Source: Escherichia phage ECO4
DNA length: 64,000 bases
Reading direction: 5' to 3' (one strand)
Sequence record: NC_054911.1
The notes under the pieces were generated by a model. The model saw only the letters and a program-made list of their open reading frames with translations, searched no databases and had not been told where the DNA came from. The translations under genes were made by a program, and so were the position numbers. Position 1 is the stretch's first letter; each line of letters opens with the position of its first letter. Positions 8,736-17,412 of the stretch are shown piece by piece.

Positions 8736-9097
8736 TACAAACTCTCGGTGAAGGTACGAGCGATAACGTCGCGCTGCTGTTCCGGAGTCAGAGAGTTAAA
8801 GCGAACTGCATAACCGGATACACGGATGGTCAGCTGCGGATATTTTTCCGGATGCTTAACTGCATCTTCCAGAGTTTCACGACGCAGAACGTTAACGTTC
8901 AGGTGTTGACCACCTTCAATTTTAACTGTAGGTTGTGTTTCAATTTCAATTTCACGGGCATGCAAACCATAGAAAATTTCTGGGTCTACAAAAGAGTCCT
9001 CTTTAAAGGTTTTAGAAACAATAATTCGCGCTTGAATACCATCTTCAAAATAAATAGTACCTTTATGCGTGCCTTCAAGAATTTGATATGCTTTCAT
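8735..9097 (-). CDS. autonomous glycyl-radical cofactor (GrcA/YfiD-like), 120 aa
   Basis: C-terminal glycyl-radical motif [25 protein letters not shown]; ATG at 9095-9097 with SD (track start is TTG). Confidence 0.75.
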   Translation of the reverse strand: MKAYQILEGTHKGTIYFEDGIQARIIVSKTFKEDSFVDPEIFYGLHAREIEIETQPTVKIEGGQHLNVNVLRRETLEDAVKHPEKYPQLTIRVSGYAVRFNSLTPEQQRDVIARTFTESL

Positions 9098-9105
9098 ATA
9101 ACCTC

Positions 9106-9435
9106 TCAATTAGAAAATAAATTTATCCAAGATTGTTCTTTAATTAAAAATGGCTCAGAATCGTATGCCATTAAACTTTGGGTGATTAGTCCTTTAAAAG
9201 GTCCATCAATAAATTCCATAGTAAAATATGGAATTTTATTCATTAATCTTGCATTAGGAGCAGTACACAAAACTCTGCATCCTTTGAATACGCCTTTTTG
9301 TAATTTGTATTGCTTGGGATAAAATTCGCTCAAAATGTTATTTTTTGCCAAAATTTCAAAATGATTCACCAATTTATTTTTAATAGTTTTTGGCGAAAAA
9401 TAAAGATATTCGAAAAGTTGCGTATCTGTCATCAT
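9106..9435 (-). CDS. hypothetical protein, 109 aa (track ORF trimmed to ATG)
   Basis: ATG at 9433-9435 overlaps the upstream stop (ATGA). Confidence 0.4.
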   Translation of the reverse strand: MMTDTQLFEYLYFSPKTIKNKLVNHFEILAKNNILSEFYPKQYKLQKGVFKGCRVLCTAPNARLMNKIPYFTMEFIDGPFKGLITQSLMAYDSEPFLIKEQSWINLFSN

Positions 9436-10019
9436 TGCATTCCGATTACGAAAAACTGTGGACGAGTAATACCACCAATGCAACATTTAATATTACAGCA
9501 GCAGTGTACAGTGTCAATATGGACACTATAAATCTTATCCATATCAGGAGATTTGACAGGCTCATCAATTATATACAAAATTCGCGAAAGCGATAAACCT
9601 CTGAACTTGCTTCCTTTATTACCAATAAAACTGCGCACAGAATCAGTAAATAAACGAAAACGTATATCATCATTAGAATAACGCGAAAATTCCTTTTTAA
9701 TATTATCTGCGGAAATTTTAGCGTAAGCTGAAGTATTAGAAAGAACAATAACTGTTCCGCCATCATACAGCCAATTAGCAGCAAAGTTAGTCACAGCAAT
9801 TGATTTGCCGGATTGACGTCCACCATCTATACGAAGTGTGCAGTACTGTTTAAGTAATTCTTCAAATGGCGGGATATAATCGTTTTTACAAATTTCTTCT
9901 ACTCTAGCATCAGAATGGTGTGTAAAAGCATTCATCAGGGATAGATAAGGACCAGTTAAAAATGTTCTCATTTTATTCTCTCTAGGTTTGGGCCATTCCG
10001 TGGCACATGAATTGTCCAT
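9432..10019 (-). CDS. P-loop NTPase with Walker A/B motifs and a cysteine-rich C-terminus, 195 aa
   Basis: Walker A GGRQSGKS, Walker B ILYIIDE, C-terminal HCCCNIKCC. Confidence 0.5.
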   Translation of the reverse strand: MDNSCATEWPKPRENKMRTFLTGPYLSLMNAFTHHSDARVEEICKNDYIPPFEELLKQYCTLRIDGGRQSGKSIAVTNFAANWLYDGGTVIVLSNTSAYAKISADNIKKEFSRYSNDDIRFRLFTDSVRSFIGNKGSKFRGLSLSRILYIIDEPVKSPDMDKIYSVHIDTVHCCCNIKCCIGGITRPQFFVIGMQ

Positions 10020-10124
10020 TTCTGTATTTACCCATTACCGCACTTGGGCTCGACCTTATTACAGGTTGGCGGGAATCCCTCATAGAATCATGAGGTCCAG
10101 CTTGTTCCCATATTTCTTATTTGC

Positions 10125-10598
10125 TTATTTAAATGATTTGACGTACTGAACAGAACCTTTACTATTCACGAAAGCGATTTTACCATTTTTATTATACATG
10201 GTAGCAGTACGCTGATAGCCATAAGTTTGCTTACCAGATTGATAACCAACTAATGCAAAATTATCTTCACCCATTTTATTCTGTTTAGCGCGAATGCGTT
10301 CATGACCATGTGCCATAAGAACCTTAGCATCACCCGTTGCAATGGATCTACGAGTTTTTTCATCTTCAACTGTATTAACAAAATCATCAAATGAATCAAA
10401 TTTAGCATGAGATTTATTATACAGTTTTCCATCTACTGCATAATTATATCCTTGCACATCCATCTCAACTTCTGTACCATCATCCAATACAGCAGTGATT
10501 TTCTGTCCTTTTTTAAATTTCAAAAGATCAGTAAAAGATTCAGCAATAATTTGAGAATTAATAGCTGCTTCAGTGATAAATTCTTGATATGTTTTCAT
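10125..10598 (-). CDS. internal-protein-like head protein with N-terminal capsid-targeting sequence, 157 aa
   Basis: N-terminus MKTYQEFITEAA closely matches the ipI N-terminus in this window (MKTYQEFTST). Confidence 0.6.
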   Translation of the reverse strand: MKTYQEFITEAAINSQIIAESFTDLLKFKKGQKITAVLDDGTEVEMDVQGYNYAVDGKLYNKSHAKFDSFDDFVNTVEDEKTRRSIATGDAKVLMAHGHERIRAKQNKMGEDNFALVGYQSGKQTYGYQRTATMYNKNGKIAFVNSKGSVQYVKSFK

Positions 10599-10607
10599 AT
10601 GTTTCCT

Positions 10608-11024
10608 TTAAATGTAAATATTTTTGCCGTAATACTTGTACCAGTGTGGCTTCATTAAAATTTTTTCATCGAGTCGTTGTTGACTCAATTTAATAGCTGA
10701 TTTGCATGGATTATAATCATTTTTCCATTCTGCTGGAATATCGCTGATGTCAGGAACTTCAGTATCTTTTATACTAAACCCGCGTTTTAAGCATTCCGTT
10801 ATAATGTCTGATTGACGCTTTCGCAAAAATTCTAACTTATCGTAAAAGAACGTAACATGACCAGAACCTAAAATAAACTCGGAAGATATTTTAAAATCTT
10901 TAACCCGCTTACCATTTGCCACATGTTTACGAACTATACCAAAAACACGTGGCAATTCACGGTATTCTGCGATTAAATGCTGATCAGCAAGTTCAGATAC
11001 TAAAGTCAAATTAATACGAGTCAT
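10608..11024 (-). CDS. denV: endonuclease V (pyrimidine-dimer DNA glycosylase)
   Basis: 138 aa; [17 protein letters not shown]... matches T4 DenV as recalled. Confidence 0.9.
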   Translation of the reverse strand: MTRINLTLVSELADQHLIAEYRELPRVFGIVRKHVANGKRVKDFKISSEFILGSGHVTFFYDKLEFLRKRQSDIITECLKRGFSIKDTEVPDISDIPAEWKNDYNPCKSAIKLSQQRLDEKILMKPHWYKYYGKNIYI

Positions 11025-11049
11025 TTTATCCCTCCAAGTAACTGTGAAT

Positions 11050-11079
11050 ATACTATCACAGTTCTAGGAGAAAGTAAAC
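11050..11079 (-). promoter_or_regulatory. T4-type early promoter (-35 GTTTAC, 18-nt spacer, -10 TAGTAT)
   Basis: Read directly; upstream of denV. Confidence 0.55.
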
Positions 11080-11083
11080 AACT

Positions 11084-11614
<531 letters not shown>

Positions 11615-12070
11615 TTAAAAGAGGTTGTTCATTATTCGGTAAAGTGAAGGACCCATCACATATTGCCACTGAGTACGAGGAATAAGAGCAAAAGCGTCCA
11701 TCTCTGGAATCATAACACCATCTTTATTTTCAAAATAAGACTCACAATGGCAATTTCTAAACATCTCATGCTCTACTGGAATCGTATAATAAAATAACTG
11801 TAAGTCTTTATTACTAGAATATTTAAATACACCTAGGTCTTCTAGAAGGTCTGGATTATAATTGCTAAAACCGGTCTCTTCTAAGCATTCTCTTTTTGCA
11901 GCTTCCAGTGCATTCAAATCAGAACTTTCTACACGACCTTTTGGAATATCCCAACGATGTGCCATCATTCCAGGCTTACGAGAACCAGTAACCCGACCCA
12001 TAAATAAATCTTTATCTTCTGTCATGAAGATAATACCAGCTGATAATGTTTTCATTTTAATTTCCTGCAT
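11615..12070 (-). CDS. nudE: Nudix hydrolase
   Basis: 151 aa; Nudix box GRVESSDLNALEAAKRECLEETGF. Confidence 0.8.
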   Translation of the reverse strand: MQEIKMKTLSAGIIFMTEDKDLFMGRVTGSRKPGMMAHRWDIPKGRVESSDLNALEAAKRECLEETGFSNYNPDLLEDLGVFKYSSNKDLQLFYYTIPVEHEMFRNCHCESYFENKDGVMIPEMDAFALIPRTQWQYVMGPSLYRIMNNLF

Positions 12071-12540
12071 TCAGTGATAAAGCTATTTAAATTTTGAGCA
12101 TATTTCTTTTCATCATAAATCTTTTGCTGTCTGCGTAAACGCCATGGCATTTCAATGAACGTGTACCATATCCCAGATAATATTGCTGCTGTAAAAATAT
12201 TAACAAGTATGGTTAAAATAATCCAATCTCCCGTTCTGTCTACTGGACTTTCTCCAAAGAAGCAAAATACAAATGATGTCACAGGAAAACTAATAATGTA
12301 CCACAGAATCATAATTTTATCTGTGAACCAATCAGCGTTCGTTAATTTAGCGCGACCATTATGAATACACACGAATTTATCATCTGTTACAGTAGATGGC
12401 TTAACTGCTTGATATCCCATTCTAAACTCCCTAATTAATCGTTTCTTTGTATCTTCAGAACAGCCGCTCCAGTCAACTCTATCGACTGAAATGCCATCGT
12501 CCCCATCATCTAAATCATACCAGCGAGTTTTTAAAATCAT
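12052..12540 (-). CDS. membrane protein, 162 aa (soluble N-terminus, two C-terminal TM helices)
   Basis: ORF track; hydrophobic C-terminal half. Confidence 0.5.
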   Translation of the reverse strand: MILKTRWYDLDDGDDGISVDRVDWSGCSEDTKKRLIREFRMGYQAVKPSTVTDDKFVCIHNGRAKLTNADWFTDKIMILWYIISFPVTSFVFCFFGESPVDRTGDWIILTILVNIFTAAILSGIWYTFIEMPWRLRRQQKIYDEKKYAQNLNSFITECRKLK

Positions 12541-12899
12541 TTGATTTTCCTACAATCATTCACGAATTCTTTCATTGATTCATTTTCAATATAAGACATG
12601 TAGTTATTATATTCTTTTAATTGTATTTTGTAATCCTTTTTTCTTTGCCAATTTATTTTAAAATTATCATAATGAAAATATAAAATGATACTAAAGAATG
12701 AAAATAATGAAATTGCTATAGTATAATGAAGTTCACTCCAAACTTCTATTATATTTACTGTGCCGTCAATGTTTAAAATAATACAGTCAATTAACAATCC
12801 AAAAAGACTACCCGCAAGAGCTGCAGCCAACGCCACAGCAAAAATTAAAAATGACTCAGGAAGAGAATATTTGACTTTATTTAGTTTTGGCTTTTGCAT
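12537..12899 (-). CDS. small membrane protein, 120 aa, two TM helices
   Basis: ORF track. Confidence 0.5.
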   Translation of the reverse strand: MQKPKLNKVKYSLPESFLIFAVALAAALAGSLFGLLIDCIILNIDGTVNIIEVWSELHYTIAISLFSFFSIILYFHYDNFKINWQRKKDYKIQLKEYNNYMSYIENESMKEFVNDCRKIK

Positions 12900-13273
12900 C
12901 GTGATTCCTTAACAAATTTCATAATTTCATCAAATTCATGTGCAGCAAGTTTAAGCTGATGTTCCTTTTTAATCTTTTTACACTGGGCTTTCCAATCACG
13001 TACACGTTTACGATAGTGTCTTCCTTGATACCAGTATCCCACCCAATTTACAGGTACTAATAAAAATGGAACTATCATTGGAAGAATTAGTGTTGACGCA
13101 AATATTATATTAGATTCAATATCAGTCATAACATCTATAACTATTCCAACCCCCAGTAGAATTACAAATGATACAGCTATTACAGGACCTATTAATACAT
13201 CAGTAGAAATTAGCTGGCGCTTTAATTCATACTTCAACGGTTTACTTGGAAGATACATTGATGGCTTTGACAT
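12881..13273 (-). CDS. small membrane protein, 130 aa, two TM helices
   Basis: ORF track. Confidence 0.5.
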   Translation of the reverse strand: MSKPSMYLPSKPLKYELKRQLISTDVLIGPVIAVSFVILLGVGIVIDVMTDIESNIIFASTLILPMIVPFLLVPVNWVGYWYQGRHYRKRVRDWKAQCKKIKKEHQLKLAAHEFDEIMKFVKESRCKSQN

Positions 13274-13844
13274 ATTCTCTACATTCCTTCACAAATTTTT
13301 CTAATAATAAATCGCTTTCAAAATTGGGATTTTCTACGAATTTATCAAAAAGATCATCAACAATAGTTAAGATATTCTTTTTACTAAGAATACGCTTATT
13401 TTCATGCTTCGTTTCAGAATCAACTATAAGAGTAAAGAAATATTTCTTGCCCTGAAATTTTACAGTAGTATCAATATAGAATAAATTTGACTTTTGTAAA
13501 TTACGTTTAAACCATGCATCACTTAAACTATAAACGCCAAGATAATCATAATCGTCGTTTAAATAACAGACCGTCCATTCAGGAGAAACAAAATCAGTAA
13601 ATTCAACGTCAAAATCGCATGTTAATGAATGAATTGATTCAATACTGTTAATAAGTATTCCAGGACGTATTAAAGACTTTTTACCTCTAGAAAATCTTCC
13701 AGAAAGATTTTCATCAGTTTCATATGAAGAACCCCAATAATAATTACGTCCTTCTGCCATACGTTTAAGAGCATTTAATAATTGGTCTGGAACATCAACT
13801 TGTCTTTGGAATTCTTCAAACATTGAATTGAAATCACTTTGCAT
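13242..13844 (-). CDS. hypothetical protein, 200 aa
   Basis: ORF track. Confidence 0.5.
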   Translation of the reverse strand: MQSDFNSMFEEFQRQVDVPDQLLNALKRMAEGRNYYWGSSYETDENLSGRFSRGKKSLIRPGILINSIESIHSLTCDFDVEFTDFVSPEWTVCYLNDDYDYLGVYSLSDAWFKRNLQKSNLFYIDTTVKFQGKKYFFTLIVDSETKHENKRILSKKNILTIVDDLFDKFVENPNFESDLLLEKFVKECREYVKAINVSSK

Positions 13845-13871
13845 TTTTCATTCCTATTTACTCCAAGTAAT

Positions 13872-13887
13872 AGGGGCCGAAGCCCCT
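13872..13887 (-). terminator. GC stem-loop with tetraloop (AGGGGC-CGAA-GCCCCT), possible terminator
   Basis: Perfect 6-bp GC stem just downstream of the 13893 stop. Confidence 0.4.
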
Positions 13888-13892
13888 TATCA

Positions 13893-14486
13893 TTATTTCA
13901 GAGAATTAATATATTCCTGAACATCGGCAGAGGTAGTTTCAACCCCAGAAATATTGCCATTAAAGGTTTCAACTCGGGCAAGAGTATCTTCAATATCAAC
14001 CTTAGTCAGCGCTGCAATTTCAACTACATCATCAGCAGTACTAATTCCGAGGGCATTCGCGGCGCGAGTTTCACGGATATATTCCAATTTAACTGCAAGT
14101 TCTTGGCGAGCATCATCTAACTCAACTACTTTCTTGGCGATTTCAATTCGCATTTCAGCATAACCATCAGCTTTAGTAGTCAGCTGCTCAGCTGTTCGAC
14201 GATATAGTAAACCGAGTTTAGCATGCATTGTTACATCTTGACCTTCAGAAAGGAGCTTGCGAATTTCGCGCTCTTTTGATTCGGCCTGCTTATTCTTTTC
14301 GACAATAAGTTCACGAATACGCTTTTCTTCGTTAATAGATTTAATGGAAGCAGTTTTTAGGTCTTTAATCTTATCAAGTAGTTTTGCTGCTGCAGCAGTA
14401 TACTGTTCTTCAACAGATAGATTTTTAGCCATAACAGAACCAAGTTTAGTGCGAATAAACTCAACAATTTTCTTCAGTGTGTTCAT
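13893..14486 (-). CDS. coiled-coil protein, tentatively PspA/IM30-like, 197 aa
   Basis: Long heptad-rich helical sequence with segments resembling PspA ([15 protein letters not shown]); tentative. Confidence 0.4.
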   Translation of the reverse strand: MNTLKKIVEFIRTKLGSVMAKNLSVEEQYTAAAAKLLDKIKDLKTASIKSINEEKRIRELIVEKNKQAESKEREIRKLLSEGQDVTMHAKLGLLYRRTAEQLTTKADGYAEMRIEIAKKVVELDDARQELAVKLEYIRETRAANALGISTADDVVEIAALTKVDIEDTLARVETFNGNISGVETTSADVQEYINSLK

Positions 14487-14527
14487 AGTATTTCCTTAGG
14501 TTGATTAAAATTAAAATCCACAGAAAA

Positions 14528-14557
14528 ATTATATCATGCTATTTAAGAGATGTAAAC
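14528..14557 (-). promoter_or_regulatory. T4-type early promoter (-35 GTTTAC, 18-nt spacer, -10 TATAAT)
   Basis: Read directly; overlaps the 3' end of the upstream ORF. Confidence 0.5.
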
Positions 14558-15062
14558 TATTTTTAATTTTACAAATTCGTTCAGCTTCTTCAACAGCGGC
14601 AGTGATAATGCTTTTAGCTATAGGAGTACTAATACTAGTAGCTTTTACACTTAACACGATTTCTTTATCTTTACCAGGCCAACCCCACGATTTTTCACCA
14701 TGAGTGCCTTTAATTACAGCAGACACCTCAAGTGAGCATCCATTATCACATGTTTTTACATTAACAACCCAAGTGTCACTTTTCTCAACCGGTTTATCCC
14801 AGTAAATATTGAGAATACGCGGGACATCAAATTTAGCAGGGCAAATCTTAACCGTAAGACCTTCGCTTTCTAGCCAATTAATAAGAGGACGTTCATACAT
14901 GCGGCGATGTGGGCTTTGAACTCGACAAGCCTTGTACCCATTGCTTGCGGCTTCACTAAGCTCTTCTAATACCTGCTTTTGCATTATTGATAAGATACCA
15001 TCAAAAGATTTTTCGGAAGTTTCATTCAGTTCGGTATAAAGAGACATAACAGTTTTCCTCAA
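14529..15062 (-). CDS. hypothetical protein (177 aa from TTG, or 172 aa from ATG at 15047)
   Basis: ORF track. Confidence 0.5.
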   Translation of the reverse strand: MRKTVMSLYTELNETSEKSFDGILSIMQKQVLEELSEAASNGYKACRVQSPHRRMYERPLINWLESEGLTVKICPAKFDVPRILNIYWDKPVEKSDTWVVNVKTCDNGCSLEVSAVIKGTHGEKSWGWPGKDKEIVLSVKATSISTPIAKSIITAAVEEAERICKIKNSLHLLNSMI

Positions 15063-15073
15063 ATTATAGGCTC

Positions 15074-15103
15074 ATAATATCTCAATCATGAGCCTATGTA
15101 AAC
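15074..15103 (-). promoter_or_regulatory. T4-type early promoter (-35 GTTTAC, 18-nt spacer, -10 TATTAT) overlapping an 8-bp inverted repeat
   Basis: Read directly. Confidence 0.5.
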
Positions 15104-15367
15104 TTATTTCATATTATTGAAATATTCTTCTGCAATTTCGTCGTTATCATGATAAACTTTAGAAGACAGTTTAACATAACCTTCAGCAGTGAACATGTTA
15201 ATCACAACCTTTACAGTATACCACTGACCATCTTCATTACCCATTACTGCGTAAGTTTCAAACATCGGATGATCAGGACCGATAACTTTAATATCATTCA
15301 CTGTACGACCAAAATCTTCTGAAACACATTTCATAAAGAAGTTGAACAGTTCGCCGTAATTATCCAT
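15104..15367 (-). CDS. hypothetical protein, 87 aa (track ORF trimmed to ATG with GGAGA SD)
   Basis: Track start is TTG; ATG at 15365-15367. Confidence 0.5.
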   Translation of the reverse strand: MDNYGELFNFFMKCVSEDFGRTVNDIKVIGPDHPMFETYAVMGNEDGQWYTVKVVINMFTAEGYVKLSSKVYHDNDEIAEEYFNNMK

Positions 15368-15410
15368 TTCATTCTCCAAGTTGTTTTCTGTATCAGTAGT
15401 TGATAGTTGT

Positions 15411-15440
15411 ATAGTACCATGGAAGAACAGGGATGTAAAC
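15411..15440 (-). promoter_or_regulatory. T4-type early promoter (-35 GTTTAC, 18-nt spacer, -10 TACTAT with TGg extension)
   Basis: Read directly; shares an upstream AAATTTTTCACAAA element with the promoters at 18649 and 19017. Confidence 0.6.
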
Positions 15441-15573
15441 AGTTTTGTGAAAAATTTTTTAAAAAGTTTTGGGGAATTCTAGGGCAAGGAGGGGAAATCA
15501 AAGGATAGGATAATATATTATAAAGGGTAGAAACTAAATGATGCCTAGAGAGGCCTGGAAAGGCCTAGATACC

Positions 15574-15604
15574 AAAAAGCCCCAACCTTTTGGTCGGGGC
15601 TAAG
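15574..15604 (-). terminator. intrinsic terminator hairpin plus T-run; copy 1 of a 31-bp direct repeat
   Basis: AAAAAGCCCCAACCTTTTGGTCGGGGCTAAG; 10-bp stem with one mismatch; identical to 16131-16161 except one loop base. Confidence 0.6.
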
Positions 15605-15745
15605 AATGTTATTTGATTTGTTTAGCAGACCAAATGCGGTCTTTAATAATTTTTTGGATGTCTTCAACATACTCTAGGTCATGAGCATGTGGGTTATCTT
15701 TAAAGCTATGAGCACGAGCTAGCTTTTGGCCTTCAGTTTTGATTA

Positions 15746-16084
15746 CTAAAAGCTCTTTAAGGATAGCTTCATATTTGGAGATAATTCCTTTAACGATATT
15801 TTTTTTTCTTGTGCGACTTTAGGATCTGCTTTAGGAGCAGGTTTACCCGAAGCCTTTGCAAAAGCAGCGCCAGTAGCAACTAAACTTTTCCAGGCCATAC
15901 TAACTGCATTTCCCGTAAATCCTTCCGCTTTCATGTCGCGTGCGAACTGAAATCGCGATTCATCAGAAGCATCTTTGTAAGAATATTTACCCGCTGCAAT
16001 GGCTGCTTTTGCGACAGCTTGAATTTCGGTGCTAGATGCTTCATTTAACACCGCTTCATTTAAAAATTGAGTATATGATTTCAT
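15746..16084 (-). CDS. internal-protein-like protein with capsid-targeting-sequence-like N-terminus, 112 aa
   Basis: N-terminus MKSYTQFLNEA resembles the IP leader MKTYQEF; Ala/Lys-rich; own late promoter and SD. Confidence 0.55.
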   Translation of the reverse strand: MKSYTQFLNEAVLNEASSTEIQAVAKAAIAAGKYSYKDASDESRFQFARDMKAEGFTGNAVSMAWKSLVATGAAFAKASGKPAPKADPKVAQEKKISLKELSPNMKLSLKSF

Positions 16085-16120
16085 CTTATTTCCTGTTTTA
16101 ATTCGTGGATTTAATATACT

Positions 16121-16128
16121 TATTTATA
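16121..16128 (-). promoter_or_regulatory. T4-type late promoter -10 element (TATAAATA on the minus strand)
   Basis: Plus strand TATTTATA, 37 nt upstream of the ATG at 16084. Confidence 0.55.
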
Positions 16129-16130
16129 CT

Positions 16131-16161
16131 AAAAAGCCCCAACCTTTCGGTCGGGGCTAAG
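16131..16161 (-). terminator. intrinsic terminator hairpin plus T-run; copy 2 of the 31-bp direct repeat
   Basis: AAAAAGCCCCAACCTTTCGGTCGGGGCTAAG. Confidence 0.6.
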
Positions 16162-16465
16162 CCTTGCGGCAACCTTGTCGGGGTTCCACCTGCTAAGGCA
16201 AGTGTTTGTACGAAACGCCGGGATTCGAACCCGGTTATCAAGCAGTTGACGCTACTCAATATTTTTAAAAGGCCATATCTCGACCATATCCGAACGTTCC
16301 GTCAAAAACGCTACTCGGTTTACGGCAAAGATATTTCCTCGAATCGATAATTCGGTGCGCCGTTTCTGCTGTGATAGTAAAGAGCCAGAACACAGTAAAA
16401 CTGTGGGAGGAAACTATACTCCAGGGAACATCAGTCCGACGACTTACCGGTAGCGACCCGGTTTC
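16162..16465 (-). ncRNA. candidate stable structured RNA(s) with a tRNA-like T-arm; no credible ORF
   Basis: About 300 bp, GC-richer than flanks, between the 16466 ORF and the terminator; perfect T-arm-like element at 16218-16234; only ORF is antisense. Confidence 0.35.
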
Positions 16466-16816
16466 TTAGTATTCTTTTAAAGCATCAACCTGTTCACGAC
16501 GTTTACGCCATAAATCAATTACTTCATACGCAGATTCAGCATTTCGAATTGGACGGCATTTATATAAAGACTTGTGATTTTGATATTGTGTAGATAACGG
16601 AATTTTATCTAAAAGGTCTTTACGTTCAAAATATTCGTAACCATCTAAACCAAATGAACGATTTTTGAGAAATTGCCAATGACCAAATTCGTTTTCGACA
16701 TAAACATAATCTGCGTGTTGATAAAGCAAATTAGTTTCACGAGATGAGATATGGTTTTCATATTCATTGAAGTAAAATGTTAAATCATGAACTACTAAGT
16801 AAACATTACCTTTCAT
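16466..16816 (-). CDS. hypothetical protein, 116 aa
   Basis: ORF track; directly downstream of the tRNA array. Confidence 0.5.
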   Translation of the reverse strand: MKGNVYLVVHDLTFYFNEYENHISSRETNLLYQHADYVYVENEFGHWQFLKNRSFGLDGYEYFERKDLLDKIPLSTQYQNHKSLYKCRPIRNAESAYEVIDLWRKRREQVDALKEY

Positions 16817-16834
16817 ATTTTCCTCACTTATAAT

Positions 16835-16910
16835 TGGTCGAGGCAGTAGGGATCGAACCTACGACCCAGGACTTAGAAGGTCCTTGCTCTTCCTTCTGAG
16901 CTATGCCTCG
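16835..16910 (-). tRNA. tRNA-Arg (anticodon TCT), CCA encoded
   Basis: Manual cloverleaf fold of the reverse complement; anticodon loop CTTCTAA. Confidence 0.8.
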
Positions 16911-16914
16911 TATT

Positions 16915-16989
16915 TGGCGGACGTGATAGGATTCGAACCTATAACCAATCACTTAACAGGCGATCGCTCTGCCATTGAGCTACACATCC
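16915..16989 (-). tRNA. tRNA-Asn (anticodon GTT), CCA encoded
   Basis: Manual fold; anticodon loop CTGTTAA; T-loop TTCGAAT. Confidence 0.65.
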
Positions 16990-16993
16990 AAAT

Positions 16994-17080
16994 TGGTGGG
17001 GAGTGATGGAGTCGAACCACCCGAGTCGCAATGACAATGGATTTACAGTCCACACCGCTACCTCTACGGGATAACTCCCC
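16994..17080 (-). tRNA. tRNA-Tyr (anticodon GTA), type II with long variable arm, CCA encoded
   Basis: Manual fold; anticodon loop CTGTAAA. Confidence 0.65.
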
Positions 17081-17089
17081 AAATTAATT

Positions 17090-17164
17090 TGGTGGCCCTG
17101 GGTGGAATTGAACCACCATCTGGCGATTATGAGTCGCTTGCTTGAACCTTCCAGCTACAGGGCC
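17090..17164 (-). tRNA. tRNA with CAT anticodon (Met, or Ile reading AUA after anticodon modification)
   Basis: Manual fold; anticodon loop CTCATAA; one A-C mismatch in the anticodon stem. Confidence 0.7.
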
Positions 17165-17165
17165 T

Positions 17166-17241
17166 TGGTGCTGATTGACGGAATCGAACCGCCGACCTTC
17201 TCATTACAAGTGAGTTGCTCTACCTACTGAGCTAAATCAGC
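17166..17241 (-). tRNA. tRNA-Thr (anticodon TGT), CCA encoded
   Basis: Manual fold; anticodon loop CTTGTAA. Confidence 0.8.
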
Positions 17242-17246
17242 AAAAC

Positions 17247-17336
17247 TGGCGGAGGCGATAGGATTTGAACCTATGAGTCGCCGGAGCGACTGCCGGTTTT
17301 CAAGACCGGTGCATTAAACCACTCTGCCACGCCTCC
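17247..17336 (-). tRNA. tRNA-Ser (anticodon TGA), type II, CCA encoded
   Basis: Manual fold; anticodon loop CTTGAAA; long variable arm. Confidence 0.8.
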
Positions 17337-17338
17337 AG

Positions 17339-17412
17339 TCTCCGCGGCAGGATTTGAACCTACGACATTCTGCTCCCAAAGCAGACGCTCTACCAAACTG
17401 AGCTACACGGAG
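17339..17412 (-). tRNA. tRNA-Pro (anticodon TGG), CCA not encoded
   Basis: Manual fold; anticodon loop TTTGGGA. Confidence 0.8.

Noticed and set aside
8729-9322. 197-aa plus-strand ORF
   Set aside because: Antisense to the well-supported GrcA-like gene and its neighbour in the minus-strand early region; no promoter or SD; composition typical of a shadow ORF.
10080-10124. MotA-box-like TTTGCTTAT on the plus strand
   Set aside because: Orientation would drive transcription antisense to the surrounding early genes, and no -10 element follows at the right spacing.
16218-16234. Possible eleventh tRNA around the perfect T-arm-like element
   Set aside because: No acceptor stem, D-arm or anticodon arm could be assembled within tRNA distance of the element; retained only as part of the candidate ncRNA.
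16105-16350. 81-aa plus-strand ORF
   Set aside because: Wrong orientation for this early region, spans a terminator hairpin and the tRNA-like T-arm element; more likely non-coding RNA sequence.
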